A stretch of DNA of 64,000 nt from Candidatus Moraniibacteriota bacterium (GTDB lineage: Bacteria; Patescibacteriota; Minisyncoccia; Moranbacterales; JAPLXC01). This document shows positions 37,742-46,204 of this stretch, piece by piece; positions within the stretch are counted from its first letter, which is position 1, and each line of letters begins with the position of its first letter. Location of the stretch: assembly GCA_026396275.1 (NCBI GenBank), contig JAPLXC010000019.1:355-64354 (forward strand), given 5' to 3'. The position numbers and the translations under genes are program-made. The notes beneath the pieces were generated by a model. That model was given only the letters and a program-made list of their open reading frames with translations. It was not told the origin of the DNA and made no database searches.

Positions 37742-38353
37742 TTATTCAAATGGCAAGGGCGAGGTCTTTTCTGTTTCTTTTGACTCTGTTTTTGATAACT
37801 CGGCCAGTTTCTTTTTAAAATAGTAAAGATAGAAGGCATAAATTATGATCCCGACTTCTATTACCGTCGGAGCAAACCAGGAATTTTCCCGGCACCCGTC
37901 AAACCGGTCCCAGGCGATGAGAGCCAGTATTGTGTAGAGCGACTCCCAAAACCAGCGGAGGCGATTGTCTTTTTCAAAGCCGTAAGAAAGATTGAAAAGA
38001 ATGAGAAATAAATAAGCGCCTAGAAGAAAAACCCAAAGACCTTCCGGAAGAGAAGAACAGGGCGGTATCTTTTGTGCCACTTTTTGCATTTCTGTCTTGC
38101 TCTTTGGCTGGCTCTCTTCTTCTTTCACGACGGATGCCGCTTCCTCGTCAATGCGCGGCTCGGGATTCAAAAAAGGGGAATCAGAAGGAACTTTGGTCTT
38201 GTCAATAATGAAGTCCTCCGGAGTGTCGGCATCGGAATTTTCGCCTTCAGCGGCCAGAGAAAGAGAAGCGGGAAAAGAAAAAATAATCAGTAATGATATT
38301 ATTACTGACGCTGAAAACATGACGGCTTTATTAAAGCATCCAAACGCTCTCAT
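37742..38353 (-). CDS. Membrane protein, paralog of the 38350..39261 product (shared C-terminal 2-TM domain WFWESLYTILALIAWDRFD)
   Basis: The two C-termini align with each other. N-terminal signal/TM segment. Confidence 0.5.
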   Translation of the reverse strand: MRAFGCFNKAVMFSASVIISLLIIFSFPASLSLAAEGENSDADTPEDFIIDKTKVPSDSPFLNPEPRIDEEAASVVKEEESQPKSKTEMQKVAQKIPPCSSLPEGLWVFLLGAYLFLILFNLSYGFEKDNRLRWFWESLYTILALIAWDRFDGCRENSWFAPTVIEVGIIIYAFYLYYFKKKLAELSKTESKETEKTSPLPFE

Positions 38354-39261
38354 AATTTTTTATCATTGGGAGGGTAAGCTTCCAAATCGCTTCCGGATTG
38401 GATTTTTTTTCTGAAGAAGTAGAGATAAGCGAGATAAATGGCAAAGCCGGAAATTATAGTAGCGTAGACAAACCAAGTATTCGTCCGGCAGCGGTCAAGA
38501 TAGTACCAGCCAATAAGCGCCAAAACTGTGTAGATTACCTGCCAGAACCAGCGAATACTTTTTTGTTCCTGGAATCGATAGGAAAGAGTGAAAATCATAA
38601 GTAGCACATAAGCGGCTAGAATCAGAGCGAAAATCCACCACCTAACCGGAACACATTCTTCCTCGCCGGCTACTAGCCCTTCTGCGCCGGGTCCTGCTTC
38701 AGCGGCGGCTTCCGGTGTTACGCCTTCTTCTGTTACTGCGCCGGCGGCTTGCCCGGGGCGGTAGGGAGGCGGCGCGCCGAGAGCGGTCAAAATTCCGAAT
38801 CCGAAAACCATATCAAATTTCACTTTCTCGTCCTGAAATTCATTTCCGGCTTCCTCGTCAAATTTCACTTTTACTTCGTATCTATTGGATTCGCCGGGCT
38901 CCAGCCGTTCAATGAAAACATCTCCGGCCTTGTCCATTTCGTGGAGAGTGAACCGGTCACCCGGCCCGCCGATGAAATATTTTCCGCTGCTCTTGTCAGT
39001 GAGGTAAAATTTGAGTTCGTCCGCCAAATCGTCATTGCTGACATCGTCAATATTAAGATAAAGGTCTTCCGCTTCAGTGCCGACATTTTCCGCCCGCACT
39101 TCCTTGGTTTTGGAATATCCCGGCGCGGCGTTTTTCACGTCAAAAAGCGGATCATCTTCGGGATTAATGTCTATTTTAACTTCGGCGCAGGCATGACTGG
39201 CCATTCCCAAAACTAGCAGGGAAAATACGCCGAAAATAAATAAAAATTTTAACTTATTCAT
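38350..39261 (-). CDS. Secreted/membrane protein, paralog of the preceding gene
   Basis: Signal peptide, Ala/Gly/Pro linker, and the conserved C-terminal membrane domain WFWQVIYTVLALIGWYYLDRC. Confidence 0.55.
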   Translation of the reverse strand: MNKLKFLFIFGVFSLLVLGMASHACAEVKIDINPEDDPLFDVKNAAPGYSKTKEVRAENVGTEAEDLYLNIDDVSNDDLADELKFYLTDKSSGKYFIGGPGDRFTLHEMDKAGDVFIERLEPGESNRYEVKVKFDEEAGNEFQDEKVKFDMVFGFGILTALGAPPPYRPGQAAGAVTEEGVTPEAAAEAGPGAEGLVAGEEECVPVRWWIFALILAAYVLLMIFTLSYRFQEQKSIRWFWQVIYTVLALIGWYYLDRCRTNTWFVYATIISGFAIYLAYLYFFRKKIQSGSDLEAYPPNDKKL

Positions 39262-39319
39262 AAATTATTTCAAACCTGTTTGAAACTCGGTAACGTTATA
39301 CTGCGGCTGCGGTATAATG

Positions 39320-41308
39320 TTACGCATCTTTTGCCGAGTCATTATCTGATTTAGAATCACCTTTAGAATCATCATCTTTCTGGCTGTCTTTTTTATCCCC
39401 GTCTTTTTTCTTGTCATCATCTTCATCTTTCTTATCGCTGTCGCTATCATCGTCTTTTTGCTGGATAGCACTGGACTTTCCATCAGTTTTTTCCTCATCA
39501 TCTTCTGCCTTATCTCCCTCATCATCCTCGTCTTTCTTTACTTCGGCGGATTCTTCCTCATCGTCACCACTGTCTTTTATTTCTTCTTTAGTATCGCTTG
39601 AAGTGGTATCACCGCCGCCATCGTTATCACTGTCAATATTATCCGCGTCTTCATCCGTTCCGGCATTTTCTTCCGGCGCGGAAGCTGCCGGATCTTCGGC
39701 TTCGCCGCTTTCATCCTCGCCATTTTCTTCCGGAACGATTGCCGGCTCGTCCGTTGTTTCGGCTGTTTCATCAGTGTTATTTTCTTCAGTTGCTTCCTCG
39801 CCACTGGCGCTTTCTTCACCTACTGCTTCATCGGCATCTTCTGAATCCGCTTCTGACCCGTCGGACATTTCGGATTCCTTTTCTTCCTTTTTGTCAAAGT
39901 ATTCTTTTTCCATGAATTCTGGATCGTATTCTTCCGAAGACGGATCATTAACCGATAAATTGGCATGTCCCGGCGTTCCGAAATTCACGCCCTCGTGATC
40001 CCAATAAGTCGTGTTATTGCAATGGAAATCAACGCAAGTATGCCAGCTTCCGGAATCCAAACCGTCGCCCGGAGTATTATTTCTTTCCATTGACATTTGG
40101 AATAATATCCCATGCCAGCCAGCCGGCCAGTGTGGAGTGCCTTTGGCCTGATCAATTATGTTTACGTCTTTGTCTTTTAATATTAAATTGCCATTGTTTG
40201 AATTATAGAGAGAAATACTGTCATTCACTACATCCACATCAACGTTTAACTCCGTATTGGAACTGGTTTTGGGATAATTGGCGATGAGGAAATATCCATG
40301 GGCGGCAATTGATTCGCTTGCAGGGATTTGAATTTTATTATTGCCAGTATGCTTGGCGTTTTCAATTTCCCACTGGCCGATGTCAATTTCATGCCCGGTC
40401 ATATTGCGCAGTTCTATCCATTCGTCGGCAGTATGGCCGAAAGAACCCATCCACATCACTTCGTTAATAATCACATCCCCAGCTTTGGCTGTCACGGAGT
40501 TATTAACCTTAACGTCAATCCAATCCACGGAGTCACTGGGATTTTCCGGATCGGCCGGCACCGGCGCCAGATTCGGGCACTTGTTTCCGGCTTCGTCGCG
40601 GGCTTCCAGCTTGATCGTATAATCGCCGTCATTAACCCCGGTCGTATCCCAGTCAAAAAATTTTTTGTTGGTGAAAGAATTTGTGTCATTAACTGTTCCG
40701 GGTCCTGCAACAATGCTTCCACCGGAATTTTGGATTACCAGCCAGTAATGATGCGGGTTAGCGTCGGTGACAGTGCCGCGAATTTCAACTGTTCCGGAAA
40801 GAGTGTCCCCGTCGTCCGGATTAGTGATTTCTACAACCGGGCATTGAGTGTCCACTTTGAAACTTCCCGTAACAATATTGCTTACCCAGCTTGAATTGTC
40901 ATTATTGGCGGCATGAGCCGAAAAATCCCATTTGCCTTCCGGAACCGGGATGCAGGAGCCGGGATAGAGGTAACTTCCGCTGATTGAGCTTGAATTATGG
41001 GTGAATTCCCAGTAAATAGTAACATCGCTGATGCTCGAGGTGAGCGTAATGCAAGGCGTGCTGGCGTACCATCCGTTATCTCCATCCGGGCTTGAAGGGC
41101 TTACACTCATCGTAAGCTCCGGAATCCAATATCCCGCCGTCATCGTGTTCCCGCCGGAAATCGCCGTATCGGAAAAATAAGAATTAGTCCCGGAAACGCT
41201 GGCAAAAACAACGGCCAAAAACAAGACAGCAAAAACCGAGCCGATTTTCTTCGCCGACCGAAAAATCCTTTTATTGATTATGGATTTATATTTCTTTCTT
41301 TTCTTCAT
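39320..41308 (-). CDS. Large secreted protein with a SipW-cognate (TasA/camelysin-type) signal region, a lamin-tail domain and a long acidic low-complexity tail
   Basis: SGTNSYFSDTAISGGNTMTAGYW (SipW-cognate motif). GDVIINEVMWMGSFGHTADEWIELRNMTGHEIDIGQWEI (lamin-tail domain). About 200 aa of D/E/S-rich tail. Confidence 0.6.
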   Translation of the reverse strand: MKKRKKYKSIINKRIFRSAKKIGSVFAVLFLAVVFASVSGTNSYFSDTAISGGNTMTAGYWIPELTMSVSPSSPDGDNGWYASTPCITLTSSISDVTIYWEFTHNSSSISGSYLYPGSCIPVPEGKWDFSAHAANNDNSSWVSNIVTGSFKVDTQCPVVEITNPDDGDTLSGTVEIRGTVTDANPHHYWLVIQNSGGSIVAGPGTVNDTNSFTNKKFFDWDTTGVNDGDYTIKLEARDEAGNKCPNLAPVPADPENPSDSVDWIDVKVNNSVTAKAGDVIINEVMWMGSFGHTADEWIELRNMTGHEIDIGQWEIENAKHTGNNKIQIPASESIAAHGYFLIANYPKTSSNTELNVDVDVVNDSISLYNSNNGNLILKDKDVNIIDQAKGTPHWPAGWHGILFQMSMERNNTPGDGLDSGSWHTCVDFHCNNTTYWDHEGVNFGTPGHANLSVNDPSSEEYDPEFMEKEYFDKKEEKESEMSDGSEADSEDADEAVGEESASGEEATEENNTDETAETTDEPAIVPEENGEDESGEAEDPAASAPEENAGTDEDADNIDSDNDGGGDTTSSDTKEEIKDSGDDEEESAEVKKDEDDEGDKAEDDEEKTDGKSSAIQQKDDDSDSDKKDEDDDKKKDGDKKDSQKDDDSKGDSKSDNDSAKDA

Positions 41309-41906
41309 AATCTTTATCTAAATTCTCATTCCGTTTTTCAATGCGCTTTTTGTAATCCATCTTTTTTCTTATTTCATTCCTGATTTTCTGCATTTCGTCA
41401 TAAATTATTATCACCGCCGGAATGATTATCAGTAAAATTAATCCGGGCGTTGTTTTGGCGTAACTCACCGGATAGCCGAGAAGGGGGACAGAGATAAATG
41501 CTTTTCCCACAATTCCTTCTTTGGTGAACTTCTCGCCGTCCGGCGCGTCGTTGGCGTCTCCCTTGGTTTCAAACGCGATTTTGCCGCCTGCTTCGCCAGC
41601 CTCGCCGAGTCTAGGCGGGCCGAGTTGAGGCGAGTTAATTTCTTCTTTGCTGACGATCCGGTGGGTGATGGTTATTTTCGGGTCTCTTGTTCTTCTGGTT
41701 ATCACATCGCCGACATTGTAATCAGCCAGCGGTTTAACGAATATCAAGCTCCCTGCGTGGATCGCCGGGGACATTGACCCGGACATTACGGTAAAGACCT
41801 TATAGTTTCCCGGAAATGGAATGAATGAGAATACCACCAGAACGCCGATGAGAACGAGCGCAACCAGCAGGGTATTTACAGTGTACTTAAAAATTTTTCC
41901 GATCAT
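41286..41906 (-). CDS. sipW: Signal peptidase I of the SipW/archaeal type (S26B)
   Basis: SGSMSPAIHAGSLIFV Ser box and GDVITRRT. Confidence 0.75.
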   Translation of the reverse strand: MIGKIFKYTVNTLLVALVLIGVLVVFSFIPFPGNYKVFTVMSGSMSPAIHAGSLIFVKPLADYNVGDVITRRTRDPKITITHRIVSKEEINSPQLGPPRLGEAGEAGGKIAFETKGDANDAPDGEKFTKEGIVGKAFISVPLLGYPVSYAKTTPGLILLIIIPAVIIIYDEMQKIRNEIRKKMDYKKRIEKRNENLDKDYEEKKEI

Positions 41907-41929
41907 TTTTATTTAAACATTCAAACATC

Positions 41930-42139
41930 TTAACATTTCAACTCTTTTTTCAATTTTTCTATTTCTTTCTTCCCTTCTTCTCCAACAATTTTTCCGCACT
42001 CTGGGCAATAGCCATGAGATATTGATCCTTTCGGCACATCTTCAACGGTTCCATATTCTTTCCCGCACTTTAAACACTTCATTATTCCTTTACCAATCTT
42101 CTGTTCTGGCGGTTTTATAAAACTATTTTCTCCTTCCAT
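41930..42139 (-). CDS. Small zinc-ribbon protein
   Basis: CLKCG...CPECG double CxxC. Confidence 0.5.
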   Translation of the reverse strand: MEGENSFIKPPEQKIGKGIMKCLKCGKEYGTVEDVPKGSISHGYCPECGKIVGEEGKKEIEKLKKELKC

Positions 42140-42233
42140 ATTTGTAAATTTTGAATTTGGGATTTTGGATTTGATTTGTCATTTGACATTGGGATTTTGA
42201 ATTTCCGAAGCAGAACTTCGGTTCCTCCCTCTA

Positions 42234-42270
42234 CTTGTTACGTAACTTGTTAAGTAACTTGTTACGTAAC
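42234..42270. promoter_or_regulatory. Three tandem 12-mers CTTGTTACGTAA / CTTGTTAAGTAA / CTTGTTACGTAA upstream of the sipW operon; candidate operator array
   Basis: Read directly. The TTACGTAA palindromic core also occurs at 2209 and, as AATTACGTAATT, at about 59497. Confidence 0.45.
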
Positions 42271-42284
42271 AAAAAGAGATCGGA

Positions 42285-42860
42285 TTAGCGGTGAGGATTA
42301 TACGCATTCATAACAAAATCAAAGGTACAAGTTTTTCCTTGCAAAGTATCGCCAGCAATTGTTGGTAAGCAAACTTCATATTTAGTGGTTATTGAACTTC
42401 CTGCAATAAGCCCTCCACCGTACCATGACATTAACAGATTTGCTTCAGTTACTCCGTTAAGAGCACCGGTCGCATATGCAGTTTCACAAGTACCAGAGCA
42501 TCTTTCAATTTTTGCTGTTAAAGCGTTGCAAAGTCCTGTGTCTCCAGTAAAATCGGCTGTGCTAATTACTAATTCCTTAGCAGTTAGAGTACTTGGTCCA
42601 GCAAACCAAGGTGCGCCGTAGTTTTGAACATCAAATTCTCCTGTCTTACAATCGCCAGGAGCCATATCTGAAGCAGTAAATCCTGCTATCGTTGGCTGGC
42701 CATTTACTCTAATTTGCAAGGTTCCAGTTGCGAAACTGTTATTATCTACAGTTGCAGTAGAGCTAAATATTGCCCAGGTGGCGACGGATGCGACGGCGGC
42801 GACGGCGACGACGATTACCAAGCTCTTAATTATATTTTTCATTTCATATACACCTCCCAA
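42285..42860 (-). CDS. TasA/camelysin-like secreted protein with a SipW-cognate signal
   Basis: Signal peptide followed by AIFSSTATVDNNSFATGTLQI. Confidence 0.6.
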   Translation of the reverse strand: MGGVYEMKNIIKSLVIVVAVAAVASVATWAIFSSTATVDNNSFATGTLQIRVNGQPTIAGFTASDMAPGDCKTGEFDVQNYGAPWFAGPSTLTAKELVISTADFTGDTGLCNALTAKIERCSGTCETAYATGALNGVTEANLLMSWYGGGLIAGSSITTKYEVCLPTIAGDTLQGKTCTFDFVMNAYNPHR

Positions 42861-43089
42861 TCTAGTTGGATTTCTCTATAATAAGCAGTAAATCTTTTAA
42901 ACCCTCCTCCTTGGGGGATCGCCCTCCTTTTTATAGAGGGCTTAAATCATCGGCTGCCTATTTAAAAAGCCAACGGGCGCGCGCTATCCGAAAATAGCAA
43001 GCACCAGTCGGCTTTCTAAAAATGAATTACTTCTTTGTAGCCAAAGAATATCCATAAATCACCCGTATTTAACTTGTCCCCCACCACTT

Positions 43090-43344
43090 TTATTCTAAAC
43101 TTTTCTTTATTCTTTTTTTTAATTCTTGCAGGCCTCTCGCGTTCTTCTTTAATTTGCTTTCTCTTCTGAAAGCGTCTTCTTTTGAGTAAAACGCTTCGTA
43201 ATATCTGACTTCCCATGGTCCTCTAAATCGGGTAAATACTGATTTGTTTTGGTTATGCTTGTTTACTCTTTCTTTTAGATTGTTCGTGCAACCAATATAT
43301 ATCCCGCTATCCCTCCGGCTTTTAATAATATAAACGTAATACAT
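43090..43344 (-). CDS. GIY-YIG nuclease-domain protein (small standalone)
   Basis: YVYIIKSRRDSGIYIGCTNNLKERVNKH. Confidence 0.7.
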   Translation of the reverse strand: MYYVYIIKSRRDSGIYIGCTNNLKERVNKHNQNKSVFTRFRGPWEVRYYEAFYSKEDAFRRESKLKKNARGLQELKKRIKKSLE

Positions 43345-43595
43345 AGAATAAAAGTGGTGGGGGATAAAAACAAAACCGGCCTAAACCAACAAGCGCAGCA
43401 CTTATTAATTCAGGCCGGTTTCGCTATTTTGCTCCCCGCGCTTCACTGGCGACCAATGGTATCTTTCGTCACGAGAGTTTCTGGCGCGGATCCACGCTTT
43501 CCCGAACGGTTTTGTTTTTTTGTTTTCCTTTGTTATCTTATGCTACTATAGCGCCAGTTGAATATTCTGTCAACGAAATTATCCACAGTTTTTGG

Positions 43596-43633
43596 CTTGA
43601 CAAAAGGAAAATTTATGTTTTAATTTTTTACTG
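43596..43633. repeat. 38-bp direct repeat copy 1 (cTTGACAaaaggaaaatttatgTTTTAATtttttac), promoter-like
   Basis: About 85% identical to 44526-44564. Overlaps the stop codon of the metalloprotease gene. Confidence 0.7.
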
Positions 43634-44422
43634 ATAAATGGCAGTCACCCCATCAATATCTCCTGTTGTTAAAGTGTCTTTATTAATTTCTCCTTTAAAG
43701 CCGTAGCCGTACATTGTGTTGTTTCTATAAATTGTAGTGTATTCGTCATCCAAACCGACCCAGTGTCCAAGTTCGTGGGTCAAAATGTCTTGAGCGTCAT
43801 AGGTAACAAGATTCGGGCAGGCGGTCGGTGAAAATGGCGTCCAAGTCCAGGAAAACTTTTTGTTCATAATCGTGTCGGTTTCTACTGCCAGTCCGGTGCT
43901 TTGGTAATACCATATATAAGTAATTCCCAATGCGCTGCCGGGCGCGCTCCCAAAAGCCACTATATTTTTCCCATCCAAAGCTTTTTTTGAAAGGGTTGTT
44001 ACTCCGGCATTTTTGAAGATTACTCCCGCCGCATTAATCTCTGTACCTTGCCAAGTTTCAAAAGATAAATTCGTCAAATTACTGAACTTGGAAGAACCGA
44101 CCGAACTAGGAGCACTGCCCGCATTCAAGTAATATTTCCATTCGCCTGCCGGAAGCTCCCAGCCGGCTGGACTGACCATGGCAGTTGAATCAGGATCACT
44201 GTAACTGCATTGCAGGGGCTTGGTTTCTTTCACTTTCGGATAATGCACAAACACCCTGACTTTGAGGTTAGGATGCCCCGGCACGTCGTAAACGCCGTTT
44301 TGTTCAGGAATTGCCCAATCATCATCGGTATTGTCGTCATTTTTGGCTAAAACCGGACTTACCGACAAAACCAGCGCGGCCATTGCAAGAATCAAAGAGG
44401 TAAAAATAAGTTTTTTAAGCAT
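43628..44422 (-). CDS. Secreted matrixin-like zinc metalloprotease (metzincin)
   Basis: Signal peptide. HELGHWVGLDD (HExxHxxGxxD) and C-terminal GDIDGVTAIYQ. Confidence 0.7.
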   Translation of the reverse strand: MLKKLIFTSLILAMAALVLSVSPVLAKNDDNTDDDWAIPEQNGVYDVPGHPNLKVRVFVHYPKVKETKPLQCSYSDPDSTAMVSPAGWELPAGEWKYYLNAGSAPSSVGSSKFSNLTNLSFETWQGTEINAAGVIFKNAGVTTLSKKALDGKNIVAFGSAPGSALGITYIWYYQSTGLAVETDTIMNKKFSWTWTPFSPTACPNLVTYDAQDILTHELGHWVGLDDEYTTIYRNNTMYGYGFKGEINKDTLTTGDIDGVTAIYQ

Positions 44423-44525
44423 AATTTTTTTGGGTCAAGATTAAGAATTATGAGTAAATAATAGCAATGTTAAATCAGGGTGTCAACAAAAAAAACAGCC
44501 TGCCAAAATCGGGCAAATTATTTCG

Positions 44526-44564
44526 GCCTGACAAAAAGGAAAAATATTGTTTAATTTTTTCCCA
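44526..44564. repeat. 38-bp direct repeat copy 2 (cCTGACAaaaaggaaaaatattgTTTAATtttttc)
   Basis: See copy 1. Positioned as a possible promoter for the wHTH gene. Confidence 0.7.
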
Positions 44565-44570
44565 CTCATT

Positions 44571-44620
44571 CGCTATCCATCGCTATCCATATTCCACATA
44601 CTTGCGGCCGCGAATATGTG
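44571..44620. repeat. Left inverted-repeat arm: (CGCTATCCAT)x2 followed by the palindrome CACATACTTGCGGCCGCGAATATGTG
   Basis: Mirrors the right arm at 45404-45464 (CACTTATCTGCGGCCGCAAATAAGTG followed by GATAG-type repeats). Confidence 0.75.
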
Positions 44621-44727
44621 TTATACTGGATATAGGTACTTTATACAGGTATTTTATGCAGATATTTTGCGCAACAGAAAATTGCTAAGACGGCCAATAA
44701 ACAATAAACGCAAGCTGACTAAAGCTA

Positions 44728-45311
44728 TGGCAAGAAGGGAGAAAATGAAAAATGTGATCGCGAAAAATATTTTAAGCGGCACCTTGAGCGCAACGGCTTG
44801 GGCATTTGAGTTATTGATTAATGCTGGTGTTTTGACTATTGAAGCGTTTCTTAACCCGTCTGTGTACGCGGACATGCCGAGCGTATTGTATCAAAGGAAC
44901 TTTATCAAGAAGAAAAAAGCTAAGTTTCGGGAAATGACAATAAGGCAAAGCCTCTGGAGACTTAAAAGAGCTGGCTTTGTGGCTAAAAAAGAAAATAGAT
45001 ATTTTCTTACAAAAAAGGGGAAGAAACTCGCTCTTTTTGTGCGTGGCAGAAGTGATGTGATTACTAAGCAATGGGACAAGAAATACAGAGTAGTTATTTT
45101 TGATATCCCGGAAGAAAAAAAGAAAATCCGTGACTGGTTAAGGCAGGAGTTAAATATGCTGAACTACAGAAAACTCCAGGAAAGCGTTTTTATCGGCAAA
45201 TATCCTCTGCCGCAGGACCTGATTGAGAGTATTAAAGAATATAAAATAGGGAATTGTGTCAATTACCTTCTTGTTGAAAAAGTGTATAAAAACGTTGAAC
45301 AGAGCTTTTGA
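44728..45311 (+). CDS. Winged-helix DNA-binding domain fused to a Cas2/VapD-like C-terminal domain (PaaX-like architecture); start revised to MARREKMKNV
   Basis: LWRLKRAGFVAKKENRYFLTKKGKKL (wHTH-like). YRVVIFDIPEEKKKIRDWLRQELNMLNYRKLQESVFI resembles the Cas2 beta1-alpha1-beta2 core. Confidence 0.5.
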
Positions 45312-45403
45312 ATTTCCAGAGCAAGTTATGGAAATTAAAAATTAATCAGTTTGCCAAAAACGGAAAACTTTAGCTTCATTTTAAACCATTTTACACTATT
45401 TTA

Positions 45404-45464
45404 CACTTATCTGCGGCCGCAAATAAGTGTAGTAAGATAGTAAGATAGTGGGATAGTAGGATTG
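45404..45464. repeat. Right inverted-repeat arm: palindrome CACTTATCTGCGGCCGCAAATAAGTG followed by (GTAAGATA)-type tandem repeats
   Basis: Read directly. Preceded by a tandem (TATTTTACAC)x2. Confidence 0.75.
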
Positions 45465-45598
45465 TTATTGCAATCCTTGCAATTCTTACTAACTATATTT
45501 ACTTGGTTTACTTGTTGTTGGCAGAATGTAGTTTTTTTGTTGACAAAATTATATTATTGGAGTAAATTAGTAAGAGTAATCATTGATTTGTTTTTATT

Positions 45599-45907
45599 AT
45601 GCTAGCAGTCATCAAAACCGGCGGGAAGCAGTATATCGTCAAAAAAGGCGCGCGGATTAAAATTGAAAAAATTGAAGGAAAAGAAGAAAAAGCGGTAAAA
45701 TTTTCCGAAGTGCTTTTTATTGGGGACGAAAAGGGAGTAAAAATCGGGACGCCGAAAGTGAAAGGAGCAATAGTGGAAGGAAAGATTATTCAGCAGGGGA
45801 GAGGCAAAAAGGTCTGGGGCATCAAGCATAATCCCAAAAAGCGCTACAAAGTGAAATTCGGTCATCGCCAGCCGTTTACGGAGGTGGAAATCATTAAAAT
45901 CGCGTAA
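45599..45907 (+). CDS. rplU: 50S ribosomal protein L21
   Basis: MLAVIKTGGKQYIVKKG. Confidence 0.9.
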   Translation: MLAVIKTGGKQYIVKKGARIKIEKIEGKEEKAVKFSEVLFIGDEKGVKIGTPKVKGAIVEGKIIQQGRGKKVWGIKHNPKKRYKVKFGHRQPFTEVEIIKIA

Positions 45908-45949
45908 CCTGTAACCTATAACCTGAAACGATTTTTGGAAAATTTAAAA

Positions 45950-45981
45950 CACCTGGCAAGAATTTTTGTCAGGTGTTTTTT
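45950..45981 (+). terminator. Rho-independent terminator after rplU (CACCTG...CAGGTG followed by TTTTTT)
   Basis: Hairpin plus T-run. Preceded by the tandem repeat taacctg-taacctataacctg. Confidence 0.7.
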
Positions 45982-45988
45982 GGTTGCT

Positions 45989-46204
45989 TTAAAATAGAGC
46001 ATAATCTTCAAAAGTACTTCTTTCGGGACGGGGGATTTCGTCAACAGGAGTGTTCACAATAGTGAAAGACCGACAGTTAAATCCCTGGGGGTATAATCGG
46101 TAACAATCATCGCAAGTGATACCACATTGAAGAAGAGTTGGTTTCTGAATCATCTGCAACGACATTCCCATCTTTTGGATGTTAGGACTTTTTTGCGAGC
46201 TCAT
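45989..46204 (-). CDS. Hypothetical Cys-containing small protein
   Basis: 71-aa ORF. Possibly a fragment of a CxxC-rich protein. Confidence 0.3.
   Translation of the reverse strand: MSSQKSPNIQKMGMSLQMIQKPTLLQCGITCDDCYRLYPQGFNCRSFTIVNTPVDEIPRPERSTFEDYALF

Noticed and set aside
39320-39900. The repetitive GAT/GAA/TCA-rich DNA considered as a non-coding satellite
   Set aside because: It is in frame with, and continuous with, the upstream LTD domain, encoding an acidic tail. Secreted acidic low-complexity tails are common.
39411-40894. Plus-strand ORFs (195 aa, 188 aa, 105 aa) antisense to the large LTD gene
   Set aside because: They are Ser/Pro-rich mirror translations of the acidic low-complexity coding region on the opposite strand, with no RBS. 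They are artefacts.
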